Position numbers and translations under genes: made by a program. The notes beneath the pieces are model-generated. The model had not been told where the DNA came from and made no database searches. It was given only the letters and a program-made list of their open reading frames with translations. A DNA stretch of 64,000 bases from Azolla caroliniana (taxonomy: Eukaryota > Plantae > Polypodiophyta). The stretch is taken from NCBI GenBank assembly GCA_043228905.1, contig JBHGNT010000002.1, positions 25,668,001 through 25,732,000 of the forward strand, read 5' to 3'. Within the stretch, counting starts at the first letter, position 1. Every line of letters starts with the position of its first letter. Shown here piece by piece: positions 13,635-26,960 of this stretch.

Positions 13635-14230
13635 TTTTTTCTTTTTTTTTTTCCAAAAACATCTACTTCCATTAGTTAAGAATGTACAAAGGAATCATTT
13701 ACAACTCATATCTTACAAGACATCTTGCATGTCAAAGGAAAACAATGTGTAGATGAAACAACATAAAAAACAACTCCAAAACACCACATCATTCTATGTG
13801 TATAGCATTACTCGAACACATATTCTCCACGTGAGCCTCATACAAAACAGAATTCAGCATAGATGTCCTCCATTCGCTCCTCATGGATGACTCCATAAAT
13901 ATTAATCAACAACTTCATAAACTTTCTAGTGAATAACCCACCTTACTACATTTGCCAACGCTTCTTATTGCCTCCAATCTTCTCTATCAACATGTACTTT
14001 AACCCACCCACCACCCTCTTATTTTTTTCAAGAGCCCTTCTTTCCACTAGAAATTTTGGACGCTTTCTCTTAAATATTTATTTGCTTTTTATCTACTATA
14101 TTTATACTTTTCCAAACTTCCTCTTATCCACTTCGTGTGTGTTGAGTTCAATTTACAAGAAGATATCCAATGTCGTTTGGATACAACTTTTGTTTTTGTT
14201 TTTTAGCTTTATTCTAGTCGAAGGCTGAAG
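13635..14230 (-). mobile_element. LINE 3' fragment with poly(A) tail
   Basis: T-run at 13635-13652 followed by the family 3' motif (rc CTTAACTAATGGAAGTAGATGTTTTTGG). Same family as the 10.7-kb insert. The 5' boundary is approximate. Confidence 0.55.
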
Positions 14231-14265
14231 CAGTTTTCACATTTCCTAGTTATTTGTTTATTATA

Positions 14266-15590
14266 TTTTTTTAAAGAAAGATACACCTTAGTATATTACT
14301 TGAGAAATGTACATATAGAAAACAGAAGGAGACATTTCATCTCACCTCTATTGTAATACAAAAGCTAATACCAACATCTGATCGAACAAATGATATCATA
14401 TAAGGAACAAATAGAGCACAATCTACAAACTATGCAATAAAAAAGAAGGTATGGCATAATTCCACTTCATACCAGAAGTCGTATCTGAAAATAAGTGAAG
14501 CCCTCGCCACCGTTTCTTAAAGTCTACTTGACGTTGCCTTTGAGCATCAGTTGAACCTTGTGAATCATCATATTGTCCACGTATGGTATGGACAAATAAC
14601 AACCAGAATTCAATAAGCATAATACTGAGATGTATGTGAGCATTATTAAAAACAGCCTCGCATCTCATTTTCCATATTGTCCAAAGAGCTAATGACGTAA
14701 TAGTACGCCAACTAACCAAAATTTCAGTTCTAAACCATGGAATAAAAGATGGAAATGAAGTGAGATAAATGTACCCATTGGAAAAGTGAAAAATATGAGA
14801 AGCATGCATACTTTCATACTTCATAACATCTCCATGAAGGACACCCATAATACTGCACCCCACGAGAAGATAGAACGAGTATAATGGTGTCTTAGTAATA
14901 AAAACAACTTACTCCAGAATTGCTTGATTTTGGGACATAACCAAAACAAATGCAAAATAGATTCTGTCGATGCACCATAATGCATTACACAAGCATATTG
15001 TTGATTTTGCCTCAACCAATCACCAACAGGAAAAGCATAATGCATCAACAACCAACGAAAACAAATCACTTTTTTCGGCAATTGCATACTCCATAACCAT
15101 TTCCAAATTTTTGTAAGTTGCAATGCATTCACATGATTTGCAGTCCAATGCTTCATGGCAGCAGGGCATTTATACTTTGATTGCAATAATAAATTTCTAC
15201 ATAACTTAACTAAATATTGGAAAAATTCCAAGTGTTTACCATTTCCACTAGCATTCCGTTTTTTCCATTGATAATCAGTTGGATCCCAATCCAAATTATA
15301 AAGCGGCTTTTTTTGAAAAGCCCACAATGAACAACACCGTAAGCATTCTTGAAAGGGTGGATCTAAGAGCCATTTTTTTACAGATCTTGCAACTACACGA
15401 ATCGTTGAAACACTGGCGGACATCCACACATTTGATTCAGAAAATACATGCCACAGCCTACCATCATAATCCACATTAAAGTATATTACATCACCCGTAG
15501 TGTTAATTACTTTAGCTCCTAAAATAACTTTTAAACGAGAGAAATAACCAAACCAAGTCTGATTGCTAGAGGGGGACCATGAAGCCATAA
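14266..15590 (-). mobile_element. 5'-truncated L1-like LINE, ORF2 C-terminus with zf-RVT (frameshifted)
   Basis: ORFs 14821-15588 (KIWKWLWSMQLPKKVICFRWLLMH..C...ESILHLFWLCP..KQFW) and 14423-14863 (LWTIWKMRCEAVF). T-run tail at 14266-14272. 3' end resembles that of the 8.7-kb LINE. Confidence 0.85.
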
Positions 15591-16126
15591 ATTAATGATA
15601 CTTGTTTATTATATTAATGATGGGTATGAGTGCTTATGACATGGTTATTGACAATGATACCAAATATTTTATTTTTAGTCAATTGTTTTCTATTGATAAA
15701 GAGAATAACCAATTAAAACATGATTTATATTACATATGTATTTGTGGGATAAAACATACAAGGACATATTTTAATGTAAACATAAAATATACTTTAAAAA
15801 AGTTCTACTAGATTTGGTCTCCAAACTTGTTATATCAATGACTTTAATTATACCATTAAGATGTCAATGCATATTTTCTTCGTCTCCCATGACTCTTTTA
15901 TCACAACATTTTATTTGAAAGCATCACATTTTCATCTTAAAATTTATGGCAATTTTGTTTAATGCAATCCAATTTATCTTATACAAATTCATTAATTAAA
16001 AACCCTTACAATCAATTTTTGCGATGCCATAATATGTGAACTAATGACAATGATTTTGAGCAAAATATGATCCAAATTAATTGTGAAACTGGAACTAGAA
16101 TATGATCCAAATTAATTGTGAAACTG

Positions 16127-16785
16127 TATGGGGGTCCGTACAGGAGCTGAAGTTAACAGGGGAAGGTTGGGTTAAACAGTTAAACCCTCAGGGACATGGA
16201 TTTATAGTGCAGGGTGGCATGGTGTTTCAACGGGTTGGAGTTCGACCTGGCACTAACTCATAACTTTTTGAAGAGATATGGAGCATGGTGGCTTGTTTAT
16301 CAGTCTGGCACATTTGGACCAACCGTTGTAAGTTTGTTTTTCAACAACAAAAGATCCCTAGTGGTGAGGTATTAATAAATATCTGGTTTGAGTTGGTCTC
16401 TTGGCTGCGGGGACGATACGACTGGATTAAGGGGGAATCTGATGCAGCTGAAAGATCTTGATCAAAGTTCTTGCTGAAATGGGGTAATTCTCCTATGGTC
16501 GGCAGATCATCATCGGGGCCTCAATGGCACTACCGAGCACCCCGATGGCTGTTTCCCCCGATAGTTTCCAACAACGTCTAGGTGCTGTAAATTTGTATAG
16601 TTATGGTACAAATAACTAGGTTATTGGAGTTGTTTGGATACGTTTGTTGAAAATGAGGTGGGGACTAAGTCCGCTTTGGTGGGAAGGCCAGAGTGAGGGC
16701 TGTTGAGAGGAATTTTGAGAGTTCTATGATGTAATTTTGTTTGCTAACTAATGCGAAGTAGTGATTTTTTGGAAAAAAAAGAAGA
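16127..16785 (+). mobile_element. Degenerate L1-like LINE 3' fragment
   Basis: TGGCACATTTGGACCAACCGTTGTAAGTTTGTTTTT encodes WHIWTNRCKFVF at ~16306. Ends CTAACTAATGCGAAGTAGTGATTTTTTGG(A)8. Confidence 0.65.
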
Positions 16786-17844
16786 ATAAGTATCTAGATA
16801 CAAAACATGATTAATTAAAATTTTACCGACATTTTATATGATCTCTACTTGATATCTATTAAGTTGACTCTGCTTATGGCTGATAATTATGTGTTGTAAG
16901 ATGTAATTTATATTGGTACTAGAGAAGCTTACAAGTGTCATGCATGCACTAAACTGACGATAGTATATAAAAACCTCAAAATCGAAGAGGTGAATATCAT
17001 CATCTGAGATATAACATAGTGATATTGTATTTGATAATTAATTTGAAGTACATTCTATCTAATTGATGTTAAGATCGTGCTCTATGTTAAATATAACTAA
17101 CAATATTTATCTAAAGTAATGAATATGGCTCATACCACAAGGTGTCACACTTCTGAGGTTCACTATTAAAACTTGAGGGTTCACTTTTCTTATCCAAGGT
17201 TCATTATCAAGTGTTGAAAGTTCATTTTTCTCAATGGTGGCGTGACCGAGGAATAATGGATGGAGTAGAATTTCTTTGTTGGGTGGTGATGCTAAGGTTA
17301 AAGATTAAAAACATTAAGAATTGCACCAAAACCTCCACCACCTCCAAGGTCATTGTTATTGTAATTGCTTCCTATCTATGTTCTTTTTTATGATGATGTT
17401 GTTTTGTTATGGTTGACGAGGATATCAATGATATTGTTGGTTGGTGATATTCTTCTTGATCCAAGGGTCTTTGATGGGGGGACTTACCTTGTAAAGGAAG
17501 ACTCTAACTTTTGATGCTAGGGGAGATTGTTTTTCAATGCCAAGTGATGAAAATCTACAAAGGATCATCGAAGCTTTTATGCCCCTCATCTTTTAACTTT
17601 GTCAAATTAGTTTGTTCTATCCATAGCCCAATGCTTATTTGTAATTGCAAGTTATATAACCATATTCATAATCCTTATTCATTGCTTTGCATTGTTTTCT
17701 TTGTTCCCAAGTTGTTCATTTTGCTTAAAAAACAAGACAATAGATGAACATAAAATACTATTAGTGCCTCGTACCATCGAATATTAACGTTTGGTAAAAT
17801 TGGAAGTTGAGATGAACAATTTCAAAAGTACAGGCTCACTAATA

Positions 17845-17963
17845 CACTCTTAAAAACATCTCAAGATGTCCTAAAGAAGCAGGTTTATAGTTCACTTTAT
17901 ATATACGCTCTTAACAACATCTCAAGATGTACTAAAGAAGCAGGTTTATAGTTCACTTTATAT
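17845..17963. repeat. Tandem duplication of ~61 bp
   Basis: AACATCTCAAGATGT(C/A)CTAAAGAAGCAGGTTTATAGTTCACTTTATATA occurs twice in tandem. Confidence 0.85.
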
Positions 17964-19093
17964 AGCCCAATTCCTTAGGTTCCTAGGCTGTCACATGTTC
18001 CCGTGTGTCACGAGTTCTTTTATAGGTTTGCTCCAATTACTATTGATAGCTAGTTTTTCACTTATCCTACAATAAATAATTGAAACTATTAATTAGAATT
18101 AGTCCATCAATATTATGACCTATGATTATGGTCACCATGTGATAATGATACTAACATCATCGGTGTGGCCGATGATGGATCATACCCAAACTTAAGTTGT
18201 GCATATCCACATGCAACCACCTAGTCTTGAAGGCATGGACTCGCATCTTCGTTTGCAATTACCCGGTCTCGAAGGTGTCAATGCACATCTCCATATGCAA
18301 ATGTTTCATCTTGAATGGGTCATCATCATGACCCTCATTATTGTTGTCATTTAAATGTTGGCTCCCTAAATTATTTTAAAAAAGGTTGGCTATTCTTCAT
18401 ATATGTTTCGAAGTTATTTAGTTTGTTTGTAACTTTGTCGTTGTAAATTATTTTTGCCCCTCCTTCAACACAAACCCATGCATCTCACTTAATCTATTCA
18501 TTTGATAAAAAGGAATTTTCTAGTTCTTTATAGGGCGTTAAAAGTAGTTGGGTTAATAATGTGCATTGTTGATGTGTTGTGTCATCAAATCATTCATTAA
18601 AGAGCATATTCCTACTTTCAACATGGTTGAATGTTATTATCATAGTGTGTCGACATAATCTATGTGGATGAACTCTCACCAAATCTCATGCATCATTAAT
18701 AACGAATGTCTAAGAAAGTCAGCAAGAGAATAAGATAATTCGGGAATGACATCATAAATGCACAAATGGCTTGCTCTCTCCTACACTTTATAAACGCAAG
18801 TTTTCTTTGTGGCAACATAAATGCACCAAATCCTTGTTGGTCAAAACTATCAGGGCAATATTGAAATTGATATGAATAAAATGCCTAACGAGGTGTTAGA
18901 AGCAAGAGGTGAATCACATGATGTATTACCAAATGATATACATCCATGTCATTGTGCCATGTTATTGTGAAGTACTTGTTATATGATTCCACCAATATTG
19001 AGTTAATACTTGTGTACAATAGACATATACATGTACATGAAAGAGGACAATAGATGAAAATCTCGTGTGTCATCCTATGATCAAGAAACCTCA

Positions 19094-19606
19094 TGTCAAT
19101 TTTTGTATCATGCCCAAAAAAGGGAAATAGGTCCCTCCGGATGGGATTTGGACGTCGAGACGGATCAAACGAGACGAAGGAAAGAACCGGACTGGATGTA
19201 TCCGGGAGGAGTCCGGCCGGATCCGGTATGAACCAACAAATATGAACATATTAGTAAATATGTTCAGACGTGATCGTTGAGGTCATATTTGTAAATAGCT
19301 CCAAAGTTATATAAGTATAAATATAACTAGGGCAATAGTATTATGTGTTGTAGATCATCACTATAATTGTACATAGAGAGAGAAAGAGAGAGAGAGTTGT
19401 TATGTTGTAACCGTCGATTGGCGAAGATACAGTGCTCGAGGTCGTTGCCTCTGAGTTCCCCCATTGTACCTTCCTCTCTCATAGTGATAGTTGGAGTCAT
19501 TGGGCTCTCGTGGTTTTTCCCAATTAGGGCTTTCCACGTAAACATTCGGTGTGGTCTTTGTTGTCTTTGTAAGTGCATTGCTACTTTCTGTTTATTTCTT
19601 CCATCA
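19094..19606 (+). mobile_element. Probable solo LTR
   Basis: GC-richer ~500 bp block with TATA-like signals and a typical LTR U5-like end (GTGGTTTTTCCC..GGGCTTTCCACGTAAA...TTCCATCA). No PBS follows and the TSD is not clean, so boundaries are approximate. Confidence 0.5.
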
Positions 19607-20339
19607 TGAGTTTGAGACTCGGTTGTGGACAAGCACTATTTCCATCAAATATAATTGAGTGTGTTGTTATCTTATCATGTAATAGTACATGTCATTACAC
19701 TTGAATCAAGCATTAATAAAGTGTTGATTATGTGTTTGCTTATTTGACTGATAAATAATGTTATGCGAGATGGAATTTCGGGAACAATATCATCCAAGGC
19801 ACCTACAAAGTCAGAGAAACATGCATGCACCTTCCTTGCCTTTGTAGGAAATAGTTTTCATGACGTGTGTCCCTTGTTTATTGGTCAACAATATATTAAA
19901 GACCTTCCTCATCGCCCATAAGTTGAGACATAGAGACCACAATGTACCACCCATGTTGTATTGAAAGAATGTAAAGAATGTCATTTGACCACGGGTGACT
20001 ACACTTCAATCATGGACAACCATCCATACACACATGCCTACACGCATCACACCTTTGCATGTATCCTTGGTAATTCTTGTAGTTCCTACCTTAACATCTG
20101 GGATTCCTTAGCCATCACAAGTCCGGTCTTTGAGGAACAACTTATCTAATTGTTCTCTGCACCACAATATACAAGCAACCATGTCTCAACACTACTAACA
20201 AAATCTCCCATGCCAACTATGTCCCCAATTCACTACAAACTTCCTAACAAACTCACTTGTGCTTCCACCCTGAGGAAGGAGCCATGTTTATACCCATGTT
20301 CTAAGTATATGACTAAGGATGACATAGAATAGGACTTGG

Positions 20340-21300
20340 CCACCTACCTCACCACGTGACCAGTGAACCACATTCCCATTGATTGGGACCAAATGATAGT
20401 AGATACCAACATATCCCATATACCCAATTTTAAATATTATTTAGATGCACATGTTGTCAACTCGGTGCTTTGTTGTGTAACTCCTCACTAATATTGAATA
20501 AGAAGTTTCCCTCGAGGGGACCTATGAAAATTGTTACATTGCTTATCATTTTATGGAGGACAATATTTGTAGCTCATCACCTACTTTGAATAGCTCTTCC
20601 ATAAGATACCATGTTGATCCCATAAGGATGACCTTAAAAGACCTTTCACTTAGAGTTTCACAAAGAGCCTATGTATAACCCTTCGAATTGAGTATTTATC
20701 CGAAAACAATGAACTAAGATCCATTGTCTTGAACTAAAAACCAATGATTACTTGGCATGCCAAACAAAGATGGACTTTTTACGTAATATATGGATAACTC
20801 ATACCACTATTTGTGATTATGTTCACAATGAATATAATTCATACCATGATTTGGACCGATACCATGATTTGGACCGATATAATTCACAATGAATCTCCCA
20901 TGATGATGTGAACCCTCAAAGATAAGAACATGGCCATGTTGCATGACCAAAAGTAGAATGCCCGAGTGAGTAGCCAATTGTGATCTCAATGCCTACTTAG
21001 AAGTTTGACCATCCCTATAGAGATTCTTGACCGTTTGTTCCACATAAAAAGAGTAATAGAAAACAATTCCCTCCTTATGATATTGTTCTATCTGTTCTAG
21101 CATCCTCATCGAGGTCCCCATTATTTGTTCTTTACATTGACCCAATGTTGGCCACAAACTTGGCAACCATATCAAACTATGGAATTTGAAGCTTGTGAGG
21201 CCCTCAATGGGTATGTGTTAATATCTTAGAGCATGGTTGAAACCAAGTTCAAGGAGTTGAATGTCGAACCAAATGTTCCACCATGACTAGTTAAATTGCA
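20340..21300 (-). mobile_element. Degenerate Ty3/gypsy integrase remnant
   Basis: Broken frames resemble D(M)VAKFV (integrase zinc-binding region) and LFGMPS (cf. LHGxPxSIVSDRD). Confidence 0.35.
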
Positions 21301-24300
21301 AAGGGCCTATCATTTCCATTTCTCTGCGAGTTGATCCATTTCATAAGTATGTATGTATTTTCTCGGTGCTACGATTATAAACATGTATAGGACCAATAAA
21401 TTCATAAACATAAAATTCATATCGAGGAAGACTCGACATCGACACAATAGTGACAATGCTAGACAAACTAAAAAACAATGCAATAATAAATAAGCAAATT
21501 AATAAACAACTCCATGTTGGCTTCATATGATTTGTAAATTGGATTCACATGGTCCTCCCCTCCTCAAGTTGTCTCGCTTGATTCCTCCAAGTAAGATCCA
21601 TGATTCTCTCCACACATGGTTGTTCCAAAGCAATCTCAACAAAGAGGATAGGCAATAAATATATAGACGCGAGTAGACACATGAATTGGGTTCGAGTGTT
21701 TTCAAATGTTTGATTCTATAGTTACGCAAGGATTACGTATATATCCAAGGTATACAAGTAGTTTGCGCGTGTGAGAGAGACACGCATATAGAGAGAGGGG
21801 GGGAGGAGCTCAGTTTACATAAAATATTTTAACTGTACTTCAAATGAAAATTTGAACAAATCTTTCATCTAAGGATGTAAAAGGTATATTGTGTTGATTT
21901 ATTACAATGGCAAACTCACTCGCAAAAGTGTGTTCACGCATGTGTGTGGTTGAGTTTGATATCTCAACGAGGATGAAAGATGAGTAGCTTATAGGAGTGT
22001 TGGTACGTTGATTGAATTGGGGTGGCAATATTCTTGAATGCTAGGACATTCTTTATTTACTAATCAAATATTCCCAACCTTTAGGGTCCGACTCTTGGTT
22101 AAGGCTAAATCAAAACCAAATTTTATAACAATAGATAATGCACATGAAATGAATGTATATCATTGTTGTTGTATGCAACCAAACAAAGAGAAAGAGAGAA
22201 AAGTGTGACATCAAATAAAAAAATAGTTGTTACCTTTAAAGTTATTGCTTTTAACATAACTCGACTTAAATATGGTGGTGTTTTACATTTAGGTCAACCA
22301 AGCAATACTTCGGCAAAGAGAATGATCACCCTTCTTCGAAATTAATGTCTTCTTCAAAATTCTAACGTAAAATGTGAATGGATAATAGTGTCACCCTTTT
22401 ATTTCATGTTGCTTAACGATTCAACGTTGAACTTTTTTGCACTTGAGAAGGGATGGTCTTTTAAAGCTAAAAAGGTTTAACACATTTTTTCATTAAATCT
22501 CTTGATTGATAAGGTACTTCATGAAACTCACATTAGAAACCAAAATCATGTTCAAATTAAATCCTTCAAAATTTTATAACTAATACGTTATATTGAAAAT
22601 TTTCTTTACGATCACAAAATGGACTACCACACTAAAGAAATTTCTTAGACTACGACATGTTTTCAAATATTCATAAACATTTTAAATACAAAGAAAGACC
22701 TTGCCATCCTCTTTAAATGATACATGCCACTTCTTGCGTTGGCATGGATTTGCTCACAATCTTGAGGTCTCAACCACTTTCACCTCCACCATCATCATTT
22801 GTCTTGAAAAATAACATCATTGTAAATTGAAGTATCATAGTCATTAATCTTTCTATAATGGAACTATTGAGATATTTCAATTGTTGAGTTTCTATCAATT
22901 TCCATCGAATGTTATGCTAATATCTCTTTCCCTTTTTGTATGCATATGTTTTCTTCACATTGCATGTATATGACTCTCATTTTGCAATGTATACGTTGAT
23001 TGTAAAGGCTAAACTTAGAGAGCATGTTTTTCAAAATATACGTGTTTTTTTAGCTATCGTAGGTCTAAATTCAAAAGACAATTCATGTTTTCTTTTTTGC
23101 CTCATTGTTTTCTAATCTCAACATAAGTAATATCGACATGTTCAAGATTCGCATTGATAATACAAAAACTTCAATTTATAAGCAAGTAGTCGAGTATTTC
23201 ATTACTTTGGCATTTGTAAATCCACAAACTTCCCCTCCTTATCCAATAAGCCCAACAAATGCTTAGTTGCATTGTGTTTTGCACGTAATGTCTTATTTTA
23301 ACTATCATTACTCTAACTATACTAGCATAATGTGTTGCGTTGCCCTTCAATTCACCATCTTATGTTTTTGATGTTGGTCACATCTCCATATACATGTGGG
23401 AGTTGCATATAAAAATTGTTTGTTCATGATTTATATCTTTTAACGAGTATTTTCACTTTGGGTTGGAGGGTTGTTATAAAGGCAGTAAATAGAGTTTATG
23501 AACCTGTTAACATTGGTTGACTTTGGATTTATACTTACTGGGACAAATGGATGTGGTTTGCTAACTATATTGCAAGGTTTGCATACAAATGGCTCAATGC
23601 ATCACTTGTGATCTTTCATCACAAAGATTGGTTGGATCACTCACATTATGGTTATTATTATTATTGTATGTTTTCAAAAAGGCGTTGCTTTCCCATTAGT
23701 TAGGAGACTCGCAATAGGGTTATTATATACTTGTATAACCAAAGTTTGGTGCATTTTAGGTTCATATGTAAGTTTTTATCATTCTAGAGTCACACACGGA
23801 GTTCCTGTACTTCAAGATGTGTTGACAATGCTTCCACAATTTCATGTACAAATAACTCATTACAATTTTCCTTCCTTAAATGATAGCGACTAAAGAACTT
23901 TTCACTATTAAAATAATTTGTAGAATGCAATACTCACTTGTGGAAAATTGTGAGGTCATCTACTAGGTGATCAAAATGTTCTTAGAATGTTGTGTTGGTA
24001 CCGGATACAATGTTTGGGAACCACCAATGAGTTGTGTGCATGTGCGTAATTCCTATGACGCTTCTTTAGTTTCTTGGCAAACATTGTTACAACTTACATA
24101 TATACTATAGATAGAAATGGTTTTAAGTCGAGGTAACTTGAGTACGAAGGCATATAAAGGGGGGTGAGCATTAAAAGTGAAGGTATAGGAAATGGATGCA
24201 ACAAATATTGTCAATTCAAAACAAAAGCCCACGTAAAGTTAGGAATCAACATTATGAACTGCTGGCATCTATTTGTGTTCAAACATTTTCAATTAAGAAC

Positions 24301-24393
24301 AAACCATTGACCTTTTTTTATAGCATGGCCTACATGTACACTTGTGGTAGTTACCATCGTCATTTTGTGAGAAGATAAAGCTATTATTTTTAA

Positions 24394-24706
24394 GGGAAAA
24401 GTACCAAGATACCCTTGGAAGTTCGTCTATTTACTAAAATGCCCCTAGAAGTTCCAAATTTACCAAACTACCCCTATGTCCAAAAAATTACACATTATAA
24501 AGTAAGTATACACTCAAATCTACGAGCTCTATTTACCAAAGATGGAAGAAATGGACCCGAACTAGCCTTATTTACCAAATATTTGAGTGTATAATTACTT
24601 TATAAAGTGTACTTTTTTGGACATAGGGGTAGTTTGGTAAAATTGGAAATTCCAGGGGCATTATGGTAAATAGACGAACTTCCAGGGGTATCTTGGTACT
24701 TTTCCC
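24394..24706. mobile_element. Mutator-like (MULE) MITE with ~125-bp TIRs and a perfect 9-bp TSD
   Basis: Starts GGGAAAAGTACCAAGATACCC and ends GGGTATCTTGGTACTTTTCCC. TATTTTTAA flanks it at 24385-24393 and 24707-24715. Confidence 0.92.
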
Positions 24707-24923
24707 TATTTTTAATTGGAGTTAATATGTTAGTAAGGAAGGAGAATTACATATACAATTATTCTCCTTTCCACTACAAATCATCATTTCCTCTCAAGAA
24801 AAAACTCATATTATTAATCAAGTGCAATTGCAATTCAATGCCACGTAAGTTAATTCAACAAATAAAGTTTAACCAAATCCAATCTCATTGCTCTACCCTC
24901 CCTAGTTTGTCTCTCTTGGAGGC

Positions 24924-24928
<5 letters not shown>

Positions 24929-24976
<48 letters not shown>
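24929..24976. repeat. (CT)n microsatellite
   Basis: Perfect dinucleotide run. Confidence 0.95.
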
Positions 24977-24980
<4 letters not shown>

Positions 24981-25708
24981 CACTTGCACTTTTTTAGGGG
25001 TCCCCCCAAGGATGTCTTTCTTGATTAAACAACCATTCTACCGTTTTGGACTCGTGGTAGATCACAAAAGACCCAATATGATGTTCTCATCATATCGTAG
25101 CTAATGCAAGAGTTCATACCCTCATGTCATGTGGCGTAGTCTGACGACGAATGATACTACAACACAACATTCTTTTAGCTTCTCTTAGATTGCATCGTGC
25201 TAACATCTCCCACTGGCTTTCCTTTGATAGGGTCTTCAAGTTCAAATTTGCTAGCAACAATGTGATGGCAGTGGGACACTCACCGTTTGTCATTTTCACA
25301 CGTGCTCCTCAATTCATGAGCCCTTTGGTTGGTGTGCATGGGTAGTCCTTGCTACTCACACAACATTGGTTTTGTCATAAGTGCACACACAAACTCCCAC
25401 GTATCATTAAGTCGTCGTCTTTTGCCAACAACGCACTTGTTTTGTGGTCTTCCCTCTCGAGGCCGAGTATGAGCTTGGCCCTACGCTCAACAAATTGACG
25501 ATGCATGTGCCACAGTGTGAGCAAACATGTTAAAAAAGAATCGAAGCACTAGTGTATGTGAGCTTGCAGAAACGCATCGATGATCAGAAGGTTGGCATCC
25601 ATGGTAGCGTGTTGTTTATCGGAGGGCATCTTCCATCCATGATCTGATCAATGCGCGAATTGTCTTCAATTGAAGTTGGGGGAGAGAATGGAGAGATAGA
25701 TAGAGAGG

Positions 25709-25950
25709 AGGTCATGGGTTCAACCACTACATTCCATAGTGGCATCTAGTTAATTGTCTTCAATCGAAGTTGGGGGAGAGAATGGAGAGATAGATAGAGA
25801 GGAGGTCTTGGGTTCAACCCCTACATTCCATAGTGGCATATGGTGAATTACGAGATATGTATGAAGTATATAATAGAGAGGTGGGGAAAATTAGGTTTCG
25901 AACCCAAGATATAGTGCTTGTAGTGTTTACCAATAGGGTAAGCTAATTAC
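25709..25950 (+). mobile_element. 5'-truncated copy of the tRNA-derived SINE-like element (family of 50573-50775), partly within a 94-bp tandem duplication
   Basis: GGTC(A/T)TGGGTTCAACC(A/C)CTACATTCCATAGTGGCAT...ATAATAGAGA..GGTTTCGAACCCAAGATATAG..GGGTAAGCTAATTAC matches 50622-50773. Duplication units start at 25658 and 25752. Confidence 0.75.
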
Positions 25951-26960
25951 AAAAAAAGAAGAAGACGAGAATGAGAATAAGAGAGAGAGAGAGAGAGAGA
26001 TAGGTCAAGTGATTTGTTTTATTTTGGGGAGTTTTATTTTTGGTGGGGGGGGGGGGGGGGGGGGGTGCGCCAAAGAAAGAATGGGTCAAGAAGTTTGAAG
26101 GCGAAGGAAAAGCGATCTGAGCCGTCGGATGGAGGAGGCCAACTCTCTCTGAGCCGTCGATGCGCCACCTCAAAAGAAACGACGGTTTTCCCCAGAAAAT
26201 GGTTTGCTTTTAGTAGAAATTCATATTTATTTGTTTTTTGATATTTATTTATTTAAATTCTCCGGAAACGAAATAACAACCTCATCATCATCTCTCCTCT
26301 CTCTTCCTTCCCTTCTTCTTCTTCTTCTTCTTCTTCTTCTCCTTCTTCTTCTGCAGACAAAAATTAGGGTTTCCCTTCAGAAGCAGAAAACTCCTCAGAC
26401 TTCTCATTTCCCTCTTCCCATTCACTTATCGCTTCCTCTTCCCCCCCCCCCCCCCCCTGCCTTCCCCGTCCCCGTCGAAATTAGGGTTTCTTGCAGGGAG
26501 ATTTTACAGCGCTCCGTTCTTTTGAACCCTCCCTCATTTCTTGCCCGCTCGCTCTCTGCTCTACAGATCTGAGGTCTCCGGTCCATGTTTTTTTATTTTG
26601 GCTTCCTTTGAGCCCTTCGAATCTTCTGTTCTCAGACGTTTTTGGTCTCTTTGGGTTGTCTAGTCTTCTGAACCAAGGAAGAAACAAAGGACGAGGTAGA
26701 ACCACCTGAAGAAGAAGGATCGCGTTTTTCTTTCTCAACAAAAGAAACAGAAGCACGGAAAAAGGAACAAGTTTTTCTTTGTTAACAGCAGGCGAAGAAG
26801 AAACAAGAAGAACCAGAACGGAGGAGGAAGGGGAAAAAGGATTCTCTAGATTCTTCCCCATAGAAGGGTTTTCTCCCCCGCTTCTCTTCTTCCTCTTCTC
26901 CCCCCTCTCTTATCGTTCCTTACTTTTCTTATTCTTTACACAAAGCGGAAGAAAGTAGTC

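Noticed and set aside
10707-13813. Direct repeats at 10.7 and 13.6 kb as an LTR pair
   Set aside because: Both carry poly(A) tails, one has its own TSD, there are no TG..CA ends or PBS, and the interior is CACTA-like.
22300-24100. Possible MuDR transposase remnant
   Set aside because: Too degenerate; no motif could be read with confidence.
25943-26861. Several 70-126 aa ORFs upstream of the BAH/Agenet gene
   Set aside because: Derived from poly-G/C and CTT/GAA simple repeats in the promoter and 5' leader.
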